A DNA stretch of 64,000 nt from Acidobacteriota bacterium (GTDB lineage: Bacteria > Acidobacteriota > Terriglobia > Terriglobales > SCQP01). The notes under the pieces are model-generated. The model searched no databases. It saw only the letters and a list, made by a program, of their open reading frames with translations, and was not told the origin of the DNA. How positions within the stretch are numbered: the first letter of the stretch is position 1; each line of letters opens with the position of its first letter. Location of the stretch: assembly GCA_027314025.1 (NCBI GenBank), contig DAHVCP010000026.1, positions 129,237 through 193,236 of the forward strand. The letters are read 5' to 3'. Of the stretch, positions 34,829 through 43,894 are shown one piece after another. The translations under genes were made by a program, and so were the position numbers.

Positions 34829-36409
34829 TCACGCGGTACCCGGCTGGGTGAGGCCCGTCTCCCGAGGGTTGCTGGCGTTCATGGCGCGCGGGGCGGTGCG
34901 GAACTCGGCGGCTAGGGAGCGCAGCTGGCGGAAGGGACCCAGGCCGCGGTGCAAGGCGATTACGGCTGAGGCGTAGAGCGCCGCGAACACCGCCGTGCCC
35001 CAAACCGCTCTTTCTAGGGCGCCGAATGCGCCGGGGGCGGCTGCGAACAGCGGGAAGCTCTTCAGCACGGAATATGAGGCGCCGAATGCGACGGCGGAGG
35101 CGGCGATATAACGCCAGACGGCGGCCGCCACCGTTCCGACGCCCAACTGAATGGGCTTGCCGGCATACCAGAAGCCGGGGATAGCCAGGAGGAAATAGGC
35201 GGTGGTCCAGGCGGCGGCGACGCCGCGGGGGCCGAAGGGCAGGGCGGCGACGAAGAGCCCGGTGGTCAAGAGCAGCTCCACGACGCCCCAGCGCAGCCAA
35301 CGGTCTGCGCGGCCGATGGAGACGTGGATCCAGCCGGTTGCCGCGTAGAGGAGCATGACGCCGATGCCGGGACCGAAGAGCTGGAAAATGCGGCCGGCCT
35401 CGGCCCATTGCGGTCCCAATAAAAACCGGACCAAATCCCGGCCGACCAGGGTGAAATCGGCGGCGATGCCCATGCCGGCGAAGGCGACGACGGCGATCGC
35501 GCCCAGCAAATAGCGGCGGTATTGGGCCATTTCCTGCCGCACGCGGCTGAGCGTCGCGATGACGACCGACCAAATCGGGGCGGTCAACTGGTTGGCGGGC
35601 AGAACGAACATGTCATAGGCCTTTTTGTAAAAGCCCAGGGCCGAGGCGCTGAAGCGCCAGCCTACGAGCAGGTTGTCGGTGTTGTTCACCCCGTAGCCCA
35701 TGGCGTAGCGGCCGTAGATCTTTAGACCGAAGGCCAGGCTATCGCGCGTTCCGGCTGCTCGCCCGGGCAGCCCCGGCAGCCAGCCGCAGGCGGCGAGCGA
35801 ACCCGCCGCTCGTGTGATGCGATGGGCGAAATAGCCGGCCACGATGGCCCAATATCCCCAGCCCGCGAGCGCCAGCGCGATGGCGACGACGCCCCGGGCG
35901 GTTTGCGCCGCGACGCCGATGGTCGAGGCCCTGCCGAACCGCATACCACGCTGGAGGAGGGCCAGAGGCACGGTTGCGAGGCTATTGATGAGGATGACCC
36001 CGGCCATGGCCTCCGCGGCGCCGCGGACCAGGGCGTCATGGTAGAAGCCGGCGAGGAGGCCGCCCGCGCCGGCAAATACGGCTGCAAGGGCGATGGCCAC
36101 GGTGACGTTGATCCAAAACAGGTTGCTGGCCAGGCCATGGGTGACGTCCTCACGCTGAAGGATGGCTTCGGTGAAGCCGGCCATGCCGAAGGCCTCCAAC
36201 AGCAGGCTGAACGTCGCGACCATGGCGACGACGCCAAAATCGGCGGGGGTAAGCAGCCGGGCCAGGACGACCATGGCGCCGAGCTGGACGGTGAAGGAGA
36301 TTCCGGCGGCGAATACGGTGGCGCCGGCGCCGCGGACGGCGGATCGGCGGAGACCGGCGCCGGGCTGGGCTTCCAGCCGGAAGCGGCCGTCGGCATCAAA
36401 TGGCCCCAC
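34829..36409 (-). CDS. wzx: Polysaccharide flippase (Wzx / MOP superfamily)
   Basis: 526 aa with about 12-14 TM segments. The N-terminal pattern (GISFTVQLGAMVVLARLLTPADFGVVAM) is typical of Wzx-type polysaccharide biosynthesis proteins. Confidence 0.7.
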   Translation of the reverse strand: MGPFDADGRFRLEAQPGAGLRRSAVRGAGATVFAAGISFTVQLGAMVVLARLLTPADFGVVAMVATFSLLLEAFGMAGFTEAILQREDVTHGLASNLFWINVTVAIALAAVFAGAGGLLAGFYHDALVRGAAEAMAGVILINSLATVPLALLQRGMRFGRASTIGVAAQTARGVVAIALALAGWGYWAIVAGYFAHRITRAAGSLAACGWLPGLPGRAAGTRDSLAFGLKIYGRYAMGYGVNNTDNLLVGWRFSASALGFYKKAYDMFVLPANQLTAPIWSVVIATLSRVRQEMAQYRRYLLGAIAVVAFAGMGIAADFTLVGRDLVRFLLGPQWAEAGRIFQLFGPGIGVMLLYAATGWIHVSIGRADRWLRWGVVELLLTTGLFVAALPFGPRGVAAAWTTAYFLLAIPGFWYAGKPIQLGVGTVAAAVWRYIAASAVAFGASYSVLKSFPLFAAAPGAFGALERAVWGTAVFAALYASAVIALHRGLGPFRQLRSLAAEFRTAPRAMNASNPRETGLTQPGTA

Positions 36410-37808
36410 GCCATCTCTCCCCCGCCATCATTTCCGCCGGCGCCGACGTGGGCGCCACGGCTGGCGCCGATTCCGCGCTTTGTGCTTGAGTCGTGATGAT
36501 TTGCGCCGAAGCGACGAACGCGAACAGCAAGAAGATCCACGCGGGGTCAATCATCCGGAAGCCGGCCTCGGTGATGTTGTAGATGACTACGGAGACAGCG
36601 TAGCCGACCAACAGCGCTCCCAGAGCCGGGTCGCGGCGGAAAGCGGCCACGGCGCGGCGATAGGCGGTCATCAGCAATAGGGCGATGAGGGCGACGCCGA
36701 CCCAGCCGATTTCGGCGTAGACCTCGATGTAGCCGTCGTGGGACTCGTTGACCGACATGCCCGTTGGGAGGTGCCTCCAGACGCGGTAGATATTGCCGCC
36801 GGTCCAGAAGCTTTCGAAACCGACGCCGAGGATGGGGTGCGCCGCCGCCGTTTCCAGCACGCCTTTCCAGATCTCCGTTCTGCCCGACAGGCTCGTCCCG
36901 CGCCCCATTGCGTGCGTCACGTCCGCCTCGCCGCCCAACCAATAAACCGCGGCGCCCCCCAGGAGGACAGCGCAGGCGAGGAGGTGGACGGCGGCGGGTT
37001 TGCGCAGGACCGGGAGTGCGGTCAGGAGGAGGAAAAAGGTGCCGAGGGCCAGCGCGGCCATGGAGGTGTCGGAGTCGCAAAGCAGCAAAACCCAGATCCC
37101 GGCGCCTAGGAGCGCGAACTGGGCGACGAGGTGACGACCGCGGTGGGGCCAGGCCTTGTCGCGCAGAATGGCCATGAGGTGCCACACCACACCGAGCAAG
37201 ATGACGAATGTGATCACGCCCATGGTGTTTTTGGTGCCGCTGACGCCGACATTCTGGCCCGCACCCCACACGTCGTAACCCCGTCCGATGCCAGGCATGT
37301 ATCTGATGAGCACCACCGAGAGGGGCAGGAGTAGGAAGCCGACCCGGGAGAACAGGCGGCGCAGGGCTGCGCTGACGTCCGGCTCGGTGGCGATGATCAA
37401 GACGGCGAGGAGGTCGCCCCAGGATTTGAGCCAGCGCTTGACGGAGGCCTCGGTGTACAACGACCACAGTGTGCTCATTCCGCAGTAGGCGAAATAGAGC
37501 AGGACTGGCCAGGCGAGCTTGAGGATGGGCTTGACCTGCTCGCGGCGACGCCAGACGACGCGGAGAGCCGCGAGGATCAGCAGGCTAAACACGGCGGCGT
37601 CCGCAGGGCTGCCGGCCGTGATCTGCTGCTGACTTGGGTTTGCCGGGCCGACGCCGAGCCAGTAGGATACTGGCTTTGATCCGGCGATCGCGATCCAGAG
37701 CGCCGGGATCCAGAGCGCCCGCGTTACGCCCTTGGAGTCGCCGCGGTCGAGGTAGAACAGCCCAGCGACTCCCACCGCACATGCCAGCAATGCGAGCTGG
37801 GGGTTCAT
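36396..37808 (-). CDS. O-antigen ligase/polymerase-like membrane protein (Wzy_C domain)
   Basis: The start was reset to MNPQLALLACAV at 37808. It is polytopic, with a periplasmic loop GRTEIW...HPILGVGFESFW...ESHDGYIEVYAEIGWVG matching the Wzy/O-antigen-ligase signature. Confidence 0.65.
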   Translation of the reverse strand: MNPQLALLACAVGVAGLFYLDRGDSKGVTRALWIPALWIAIAGSKPVSYWLGVGPANPSQQQITAGSPADAAVFSLLILAALRVVWRRREQVKPILKLAWPVLLYFAYCGMSTLWSLYTEASVKRWLKSWGDLLAVLIIATEPDVSAALRRLFSRVGFLLLPLSVVLIRYMPGIGRGYDVWGAGQNVGVSGTKNTMGVITFVILLGVVWHLMAILRDKAWPHRGRHLVAQFALLGAGIWVLLLCDSDTSMAALALGTFFLLLTALPVLRKPAAVHLLACAVLLGGAAVYWLGGEADVTHAMGRGTSLSGRTEIWKGVLETAAAHPILGVGFESFWTGGNIYRVWRHLPTGMSVNESHDGYIEVYAEIGWVGVALIALLLMTAYRRAVAAFRRDPALGALLVGYAVSVVIYNITEAGFRMIDPAWIFLLFAFVASAQIITTQAQSAESAPAVAPTSAPAEMMAGERWRGAI

Positions 37809-37822
37809 GGCTCGTGCCTCGG

Positions 37823-39694
37823 CTAGGCTTCGGTTCCGACGGGTTGCGCGGCGGGGTTGGCGCGGGGCATCGTCGGGCCCCCGTCCACGAAGGCGCGGTG
37901 CAGCAGCTCGAGGGACAAGAGGCGATGGATTTCTTCGGTGTAGTTGCGGTCGCCCTTCAGATGGCGGCGGACGATTTGCTCGACGGCGGAGCGGTTGAGG
38001 TAGCGGCGGGCGAGGGAGCGGGGATCGAGCAGGATCTCCTGAACGTAGCTCGCCAGCGCGGTACGGAACCAGATGCGGAAGTGGTAGACCTTGTGGCGGC
38101 CGAGCCAGATGCGTTCGAGATGCAAGGGGGCGAAGAGGTGATCTGCCGCGGCGACCCATTGCGGCATGCCGTAGTCGTAGGCGTATTCGGCTTTGAAGGT
38201 GAACTCCAGATAGGCGCGCTGAATGGTGGCCGCCAAGCCCCTCCCGCCGATGCCGCGGTCGTTGCGCAAGCGGCCGAGGGCAGGGTTGGCCTCCCTAGCG
38301 AGGCGGGGCCTGGGATCGAAATCGGAATCCGGCGCGCGAAACGCCACTTGCGCCGCCGCGTTGTCTAAAAACGGCGAGCGGATGGCCAACTGGGTTTGTT
38401 CCAGCCCCAGCACGCCGTAATGGTGCCAGGGGGACTGGCGAAAGGCGACGAAGCCGGCAGTGTTGCCTTCGCGGGCGCGGCGGTAGGCCGCCGCAGCCGC
38501 CGCGACGTGGGCCATGGCTTCGGGGGCAAATACGCCAGGTTCCGGCTCCTGCGGCTTGAACATGACGGCGCGGTTGATGATTTCGCTGCCATAGGTGCCA
38601 ACCATGCGCACCGGAGCGATCCGGCGAGCCTGCTCGCTGACGTAAAGGTCCGGCACGCGGCGAGTGTCCACGCCGCCTTCGGTCAGGTACATCGTCCGTT
38701 CCGCGTAATCGGAAAAGCGGGAGAGAAATTCCTCGCCCACCGGAATGACCTGGTGGGTCTGGCCGCAGAGCTGCGCGACGCGACGGGCCAGTTTGACGTC
38801 CTGGTTGTCGCGGTAGGCGGAGCCGTAGGTGTAGCAGGGGAGCGCGCCGGGGGCGGCCAGCGAAGAGCGCATGGCTTGGGCCATGATGACGCGCGTGTCC
38901 CAGCCGCCGGTGAGGGAAACGCCGATTTTTTCCGGGCCTTGAAAATATTTGGGCAGGGCGGCGGCGAAGGCGTCGCGAAGCTGGCGGTAATATTCCTCCT
39001 CGGGCAGCGGTTCTTGGTCTTCCCATTCCCGCGGCTGGAAATAGTTGCCTTGCTCGACCAGGGGGCCGGCGCGGAAACGCCAGGCCGAGCCGGGGGGCAG
39101 GGCATGGATGCCAGGGAACAAGGTGCGGCCTTCGAGGACGCAGCCGCAGGTGATAAACTCGCCAAGGGCGCGGGGATCGAAGGCGCGCAGCTCGGGGCGG
39201 ACCGCCAAGATGGCCTTGGCCTCGCAGGCGAAATAGAAGCCGTCCTGCGCCTGGTGGAAATAAATGGGCTGAAGGCCGAAGCGGTCATTGAAGAGGAGGG
39301 CGGTTTGGGTGCGGCGGTCCACGGCCAGGCCGTGAATGCGGCCGTTGAGCTGGCGGGGGAAGTCGGGCTCTTCTTCGCAGCGGTGGACGAGATAATCCGG
39401 GCCGTCGTCGGAGACGGCATGGCCGCGGCGGCGGAGCTGGGCGCGGAGGCCGGGGTCGGGATATTCCTCGCCGCCGACGAGGAGCGTAACGTCGCCGGTT
39501 TCATTGCGCAAGGGCATGCCATCGGCGAATGAGCCCTCGCGGGCGACCCAACCGACGTAGATGCCGAGGCCAGTGTCTTCCCAAATCCCGGAGCGGTAAG
39601 ACGGCTCATGCAGCAGCGCGCGGCGCATGGCCTCCGCTTCGGCGCGGGCGGCGGAAGCGGGGCGGCGGGTGATGAGGCCGAAGATTCCGGGCAT
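37823..39694 (-). CDS. Asparagine synthetase (AsnB) family amidotransferase homologue lacking the N-terminal catalytic Cys
   Basis: There is an Ntn-amidotransferase-like N-domain and a PP-loop-like SLTGGWDTRV in the synthetase domain. The protein begins MPGIFG (codon 2 is CCC at 39689-39691) instead of the canonical MCGI. Confidence 0.7.
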   Translation of the reverse strand: MPGIFGLITRRPASAARAEAEAMRRALLHEPSYRSGIWEDTGLGIYVGWVAREGSFADGMPLRNETGDVTLLVGGEEYPDPGLRAQLRRRGHAVSDDGPDYLVHRCEEEPDFPRQLNGRIHGLAVDRRTQTALLFNDRFGLQPIYFHQAQDGFYFACEAKAILAVRPELRAFDPRALGEFITCGCVLEGRTLFPGIHALPPGSAWRFRAGPLVEQGNYFQPREWEDQEPLPEEEYYRQLRDAFAAALPKYFQGPEKIGVSLTGGWDTRVIMAQAMRSSLAAPGALPCYTYGSAYRDNQDVKLARRVAQLCGQTHQVIPVGEEFLSRFSDYAERTMYLTEGGVDTRRVPDLYVSEQARRIAPVRMVGTYGSEIINRAVMFKPQEPEPGVFAPEAMAHVAAAAAAYRRAREGNTAGFVAFRQSPWHHYGVLGLEQTQLAIRSPFLDNAAAQVAFRAPDSDFDPRPRLAREANPALGRLRNDRGIGGRGLAATIQRAYLEFTFKAEYAYDYGMPQWVAAADHLFAPLHLERIWLGRHKVYHFRIWFRTALASYVQEILLDPRSLARRYLNRSAVEQIVRRHLKGDRNYTEEIHRLLSLELLHRAFVDGGPTMPRANPAAQPVGTEA

Positions 39695-39708
39695 GGGGAG
39701 GGAACGGG

Positions 39709-40830
39709 CTAGGCGAAGACGGCGCGGTAGAGGCGGTCCAGGAACGGTGACGCAGCTCGCAGGCGGTCAGTCACCCAGACAGCAATATAGGTGCCGACGG
39801 CGGCGGCCAGGAACGTGGCGACGTGTCCGGCGAGGCCGAGGCCGGCGCGGTTCCAGAAGTGGGCCAGTACTTGAAGCGCTCCGATCTGGACGATGTAGGC
39901 GACCAGGGAGTAGCGGCCGAAGAAGGCAATGGGATTGGCGGGGCGCCAGTTGCGGACGAAGCGGGCGAGGGCGTAGATGAGCAGCAGGCTAAGCGGCACG
40001 CCGACGACCTGGAGAATATATGGCACTCCCCAATGGTTGATGGCGAGGGCATACGCGCCGTAGGCGACAACGATTGCCGGCCAGGCCTTCGCGACAAAGC
40101 GATCAATGCGCTCGGTGGGGATTGCGCCGAGCACGCCGCCGAGCAAGCCGATGGCGAGCAGCTCGAGGGTGTAGCTGTAGGTGCCGGCCAAGCCCAGGCC
40201 CACTACCCCCGCCCAGCACACCGCCAGCGCCGCAACGATCGGTTTGCGCCCGAGGCGCTTCGCCAGCACCAGGGGCGCAAGGGCAATCAGTAGGTACCCG
40301 ATGGGCACCAGGATTCCGAAAGCGGCGACCTTATCGTTTCCTCCACCCACGCCGTGGCCGGTGAGCCAGATGCCGGCCATGGTGCGGGCGTCGAGGCGGC
40401 GGATGGGGAGGTGCAGCCAGAGGTCAGAGACGGCGACGCGGGCGACGTTGAGCGCGACGAAGACGCCGAGCAGCTTGAGGCCCCGGACCACGAGCCGCCG
40501 GGCCATGGCGCCGCGAATCGCGCCGTATTTGGAGAAATAGACGCCGGAGACGATGAAGCCGGAGATGCAGATGAAAGAGGGGGTCAGGAACCGGAGGTAG
40601 AGGAAAATTGCGCCGAAGTGCGAAATGAACGCGTCCCACCAGTGGTACACCACCATGAGCAGGACTAATGATCCCTTGGTGAAGTCCAACTCCCAAAGGC
40701 GTTTGGCCTTGTCGGCGGGCGGCCGCGCAACGGGTACAGCTAGGGCCGCGGGAGCGGCGTAGCTTGTGGGCCCGGGTGTCAGCGGGGCGGGGGCGGGCCG
40801 TGGGCCCGGTGGGCTGTCGCTCGTTGGCAC
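39709..40830 (-). CDS. Integral membrane acyltransferase (acyltransferase-3 / DUF1624-like)
   Basis: RLWELDFTKGSLVLLMVVYHW fits the RxxxLDxxRG...H start of AT3-type O-acyltransferases. There are about 10 TM segments. The start is GTG. Confidence 0.5.
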   Translation of the reverse strand: MPTSDSPPGPRPAPAPLTPGPTSYAAPAALAVPVARPPADKAKRLWELDFTKGSLVLLMVVYHWWDAFISHFGAIFLYLRFLTPSFICISGFIVSGVYFSKYGAIRGAMARRLVVRGLKLLGVFVALNVARVAVSDLWLHLPIRRLDARTMAGIWLTGHGVGGGNDKVAAFGILVPIGYLLIALAPLVLAKRLGRKPIVAALAVCWAGVVGLGLAGTYSYTLELLAIGLLGGVLGAIPTERIDRFVAKAWPAIVVAYGAYALAINHWGVPYILQVVGVPLSLLLIYALARFVRNWRPANPIAFFGRYSLVAYIVQIGALQVLAHFWNRAGLGLAGHVATFLAAAVGTYIAVWVTDRLRAASPFLDRLYRAVFA

Positions 40831-40840
40831 CAGCGTTTTC

Positions 40841-41827
40841 CTAGCCCGTGGTCGCGGCGGCGTCGTACTTGCGCCGGTACCAGGCGGCGCGGGCGTCGCG
40901 GAGGCGGCCGGCGATGGATTCGGGGAGGCGGTCCTTCAAGCCGTGGTGGAGGCCGAGGCGGTAGGCGGCGGCGCCCCAGCGGGTGAGGGGCACGTAAAAG
41001 CGAGGGACGTCGATGCGCTGGAAGCCGTTGCGACGCTTGAACTCGCTGAGGCTGCTTTCCGCCTTCTTGCCGTAGGTATAGCTGCAATAGGTGAGGAAAG
41101 GGATCCGACGGCGCTCGCAGGCGCGGACGGCGTGGGCCAACAGGCCGTTAGTGGGCGCCTTGTCGCGGTGCGCCTCCAGGGAGAGGATGTGCATGATCCC
41201 AGCCTGGGTTCCGGCCTGGTTGGCGACGAGCTTGATGAAGCCAATCATGCGGCCCTGAAAAAAGGCGCCGATGAAGACGCTCAGATCCGGGAAGGTTGCG
41301 CTCATGCGCCGGACGGTTTCCAGGTCCTTGCCGTAGTGCGGGAAGCGGCGGCCCTGGCGAACGGGGGTCTCGTTATAGATTTCCCAGATGCCGCGGGCCT
41401 CAGCGTCCTCAAACGGGACCTCGCAGATCTCCACGCCGCGCCGCTCGGCCTGCCTGGTCTGGGTTCGTATTCGCGGGCTGAGTCCCCTTACCCACTCGTC
41501 GTGGCTGGTGACGCGCAGCGCGGCGAAGTTGTCCATTTCGAAGGGATAGGGAAACCTGGGCGCGGCGCCGGGGAGGGCCTGGATAAAGGTGAGGAGGTCG
41601 GCGGCCGGGCCGTGGGAGTGGAGGTGCTGGATGGCCTGCTCGGGCTTCCCGATGAACAGGAACCCGTCGCCTTCGGGCTGCGCGATGCGAACGAGGCGGC
41701 CGCTGGCGCGGAATCCGGGGAGTCCGCCCATGGCGGACGTGGAGAAGGCGGGTTGCGGGTCGCCGCGGCCCGTAGGCCCGATGTCCGCCGGAGACGAGCT
41801 GGCACTGGTGTTATCCATTGTGATCAT
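40841..41827 (-). CDS. Second FemAB-like / GNAT-fold acyl- or aminoacyl-transferase
   Basis: The start was reset to MITMDN at 41827. The C-terminal half (IGAFFQGRMIGFIKLVANQAGTQAGIMHILSLEAHRDKAPTNGLLAHAVRAC) is GNAT-like. The call is by resemblance only. Confidence 0.45.
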   Translation of the reverse strand: MITMDNTSASSSPADIGPTGRGDPQPAFSTSAMGGLPGFRASGRLVRIAQPEGDGFLFIGKPEQAIQHLHSHGPAADLLTFIQALPGAAPRFPYPFEMDNFAALRVTSHDEWVRGLSPRIRTQTRQAERRGVEICEVPFEDAEARGIWEIYNETPVRQGRRFPHYGKDLETVRRMSATFPDLSVFIGAFFQGRMIGFIKLVANQAGTQAGIMHILSLEAHRDKAPTNGLLAHAVRACERRRIPFLTYCSYTYGKKAESSLSEFKRRNGFQRIDVPRFYVPLTRWGAAAYRLGLHHGLKDRLPESIAGRLRDARAAWYRRKYDAAATTG

Positions 41828-41876
41828 TAGTGAGGTCGGCTCTGCCACGGGTATTGGCTCGGCGTCGGCGCTCGGG

Positions 41877-43130
41877 CTAGGCGCCGGCGCCGGCGGGGAC
41901 GGCGCGCTCGGGTTCGGCGGTCTCGGGGGCGTGCTTGGCCGGCGAGCCGAGGTGGGCGGCGATGGCCGCGACGGTGGCGGTGATTTGGCTGTCGGTGAGC
42001 TGGGGGAACATGGGCAGGGAAAGGATGCGCTGGGCGGCCTGCTCGGTGCGGGGGAGATCGCCGGGGCGGTAGCCGAGGCCGGCGTAGGCGCGCTGCAAAT
42101 GGAGCGGCACGGGATAATGCAGGCCGGTGGCGATGCCGGCGGCGGCGAGGGCGGATTGCAGGCCGTCGCGGTCCGGGACCTGGACGACAAAGAGATGGAA
42201 GACGGGGCGGCTGGCGGCGGGGACGTGGGGGGGGATCACGGACGGGGCCAGGGGGCGGAGGAGTTCGGTGTAGCGGGCGGCGTGGCGGCGGCGGGCGTCG
42301 TTCCAGGCGGCCAGGCGGCGAAGCTTGGCGGAGAGGAAGCCGGCTTGCAGGGCGTCGAGGCGGCCGTTGTAGCCCTCAAAGTCATGGAAATACTTTTTGG
42401 ACTGGCCGTGGTCGCGGAGCATGCGGACGCAGCGGGCCAATTCGTCGTCGTCGGTGGTGACGGCGCCGCCTTCGCCGCAGGCGCCGAGGTTTTTGCCGGG
42501 ATAGAAGCTGAAGGCGGCGAGGCGGCCCATGGAGCCGGCGGTGCGCCAGCGGCCGTCACGCGAGGAGTGGTATTCGGCGCCATGGGCCTGGCAGGCGTCC
42601 TCGATGACGGTGAGGTTGTATTCCTCGGCGAGCGCGAGGATGGGGTTCATATCGGCGCATTGGCCGAACAGGTGCACGGGGACGATGGCGGTGACCGGCC
42701 GGTTCGTCCGGCGATGGATGGTGCGGCGCAGGCGCTGATCCAGGACGCACTCGCGCTGGAGGAAGTCGCGCAGCAGCTCGGGGTCCAGGTTGAAGGTGCG
42801 GGGATCAATGTCCACGAAGAGGGGACGCGCGCCGGTTTGGCTGATGGCCTCGCCGGTGGCGATGAAGGTGTTGGCGACGGTGATGACCGCCTCGCCCGGG
42901 GCGACGCCGGCGGCGATGAGGGCGAAGCGCAGGGCGTCGGTGCCGCTGTTGACGGCGATGGCGTGGGATGCGCCGCAGAAGGCGGCGAATTCGCGCTCGA
43001 AGTCCTCGACCAAAGGTCCGCCGATGAAGGATGCGCCGCGGAGGACGGCGCGGGTAACGGCCAGGAGTTCTTCTTCCATTTCCAGATGGGGGGCGACGAG
43101 ATCCACGAAGGGGACGCGGGCGGCTTCCAT
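41877..43130 (-). CDS. DegT/DnrJ/EryC1/StrS-family PLP sugar aminotransferase (WbpE-like)
   Basis: Motifs are AVNSGTDAL, PVHLFGQCADM, EDACQAHG and FSFYPGKNLGACGEGG (PLP lysine). Confidence 0.85.
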   Translation of the reverse strand: MEAARVPFVDLVAPHLEMEEELLAVTRAVLRGASFIGGPLVEDFEREFAAFCGASHAIAVNSGTDALRFALIAAGVAPGEAVITVANTFIATGEAISQTGARPLFVDIDPRTFNLDPELLRDFLQRECVLDQRLRRTIHRRTNRPVTAIVPVHLFGQCADMNPILALAEEYNLTVIEDACQAHGAEYHSSRDGRWRTAGSMGRLAAFSFYPGKNLGACGEGGAVTTDDDELARCVRMLRDHGQSKKYFHDFEGYNGRLDALQAGFLSAKLRRLAAWNDARRRHAARYTELLRPLAPSVIPPHVPAASRPVFHLFVVQVPDRDGLQSALAAAGIATGLHYPVPLHLQRAYAGLGYRPGDLPRTEQAAQRILSLPMFPQLTDSQITATVAAIAAHLGSPAKHAPETAEPERAVPAGAGA

Positions 43131-43193
43131 TGTTTTCTTTCTCCTTGGGGCGGCGGGCGACAGGCGGGAACGCGACAGGCGAAGACGCTTATC

Positions 43194-43868
43194 CTACTTT
43201 CGTTGGTTGACAGGCGAGGACGCCCGTCCTACTGCTTGGGGCGGGTCCAGGAAGCGCAGAAGCTTGGCGGGGTTGCCGGCGACGATGGCGCGGGGCGGGA
43301 CGTCGCGGGTGACGACGCTGCCGGCGCCGACGATGGATTGCTCGCCGATGGTGACATTGGCCAGGATGGTGGCGCCGGAGCCGATGGAAGCGCCGGCCTT
43401 GACGAGGGTTTTCTCGACCTTCCAGTCGGCTTCGGTTTGCAAGGCGCCGTCGGGATTGACGGCGCGGGGATAGCTGTCATTGATGAAGACGACGCCGTGG
43501 CCGACGAAGACGCCGTCCTCGATGGTGACGCCCTCGCAGACGAAGGTGTGGCTGCTGATTTTGCAGTTGGCGCCGATGGCGGCGTTCTTCTGGATCTCGA
43601 CGAAGGCGCCGATCTTGGTGTTGGCGCCGATGGAGCAGCCGTAGAGGTTGATGAACTTGGAGAGCTTGACGCCGGGGGCGAGGCGGACGTCGGGGGCGAT
43701 GGCCAGCCATTGATTGGCGCGGGCCCCAGCGCGGCTGCGCCGCGCGTCCCGCTCCGAGTGATGGGCGCGGGCCCCAGCCCCGCCGGGGGCGGGGCGTCCG
43801 GCGCGCCCCAGGCGCTGGGCGGTGCGCGGGCGCGCTGGGCGTTGCGCTGGTTTTGCGTGGCGCTTCAT
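43194..43868 (-). CDS. Left-handed beta-helix (hexapeptide) sugar N-acetyltransferase (WbpD/WlbB-like). The N-terminal roughly 55 aa are encoded by REP-like repeats.
   Basis: Hexapeptide repeats: IGANTKIGAFVEIQKNAAIGANCKISSHTFVCEGVTIEDGVFVGHGVVFIND. The only canonical in-frame start is the ATG at 43868, which puts two REP-like copies inside the ORF. Confidence 0.7.
   Translation of the reverse strand: MKRHAKPAQRPARPRTAQRLGRAGRPAPGGAGARAHHSERDARRSRAGARANQWLAIAPDVRLAPGVKLSKFINLYGCSIGANTKIGAFVEIQKNAAIGANCKISSHTFVCEGVTIEDGVFVGHGVVFINDSYPRAVNPDGALQTEADWKVEKTLVKAGASIGSGATILANVTIGEQSIVGAGSVVTRDVPPRAIVAGNPAKLLRFLDPPQAVGRASSPVNQRK
43716..43730 (-). repeat. REP-like repeat, partial copy D (inverted orientation)
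   Basis: GGCGCGGGCCCCAGC on the plus strand, the reverse complement of the tail of copies B and C. Confidence 0.5.
43764..43794 (-). repeat. REP-like GC-rich palindromic repeat, copy E (inverted orientation)
   Basis: GGCGCGGGCCCCAGCCCCGCCGGGGGCGGGG matches the reverse complement of copy B at 29/31 positions. Both mismatches are in the hairpin loop. Confidence 0.6.
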
Positions 43869-43894
43869 TGGCGAAGTGCGTCGTGGCGCAAGGA

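Noticed and set aside
40825-40839. TGGCAC-CAGCG-TTTT on the plus strand
   Set aside because: It overlaps the GTG start of a minus-strand gene, has no GC at -12, and has no plus-strand target gene.
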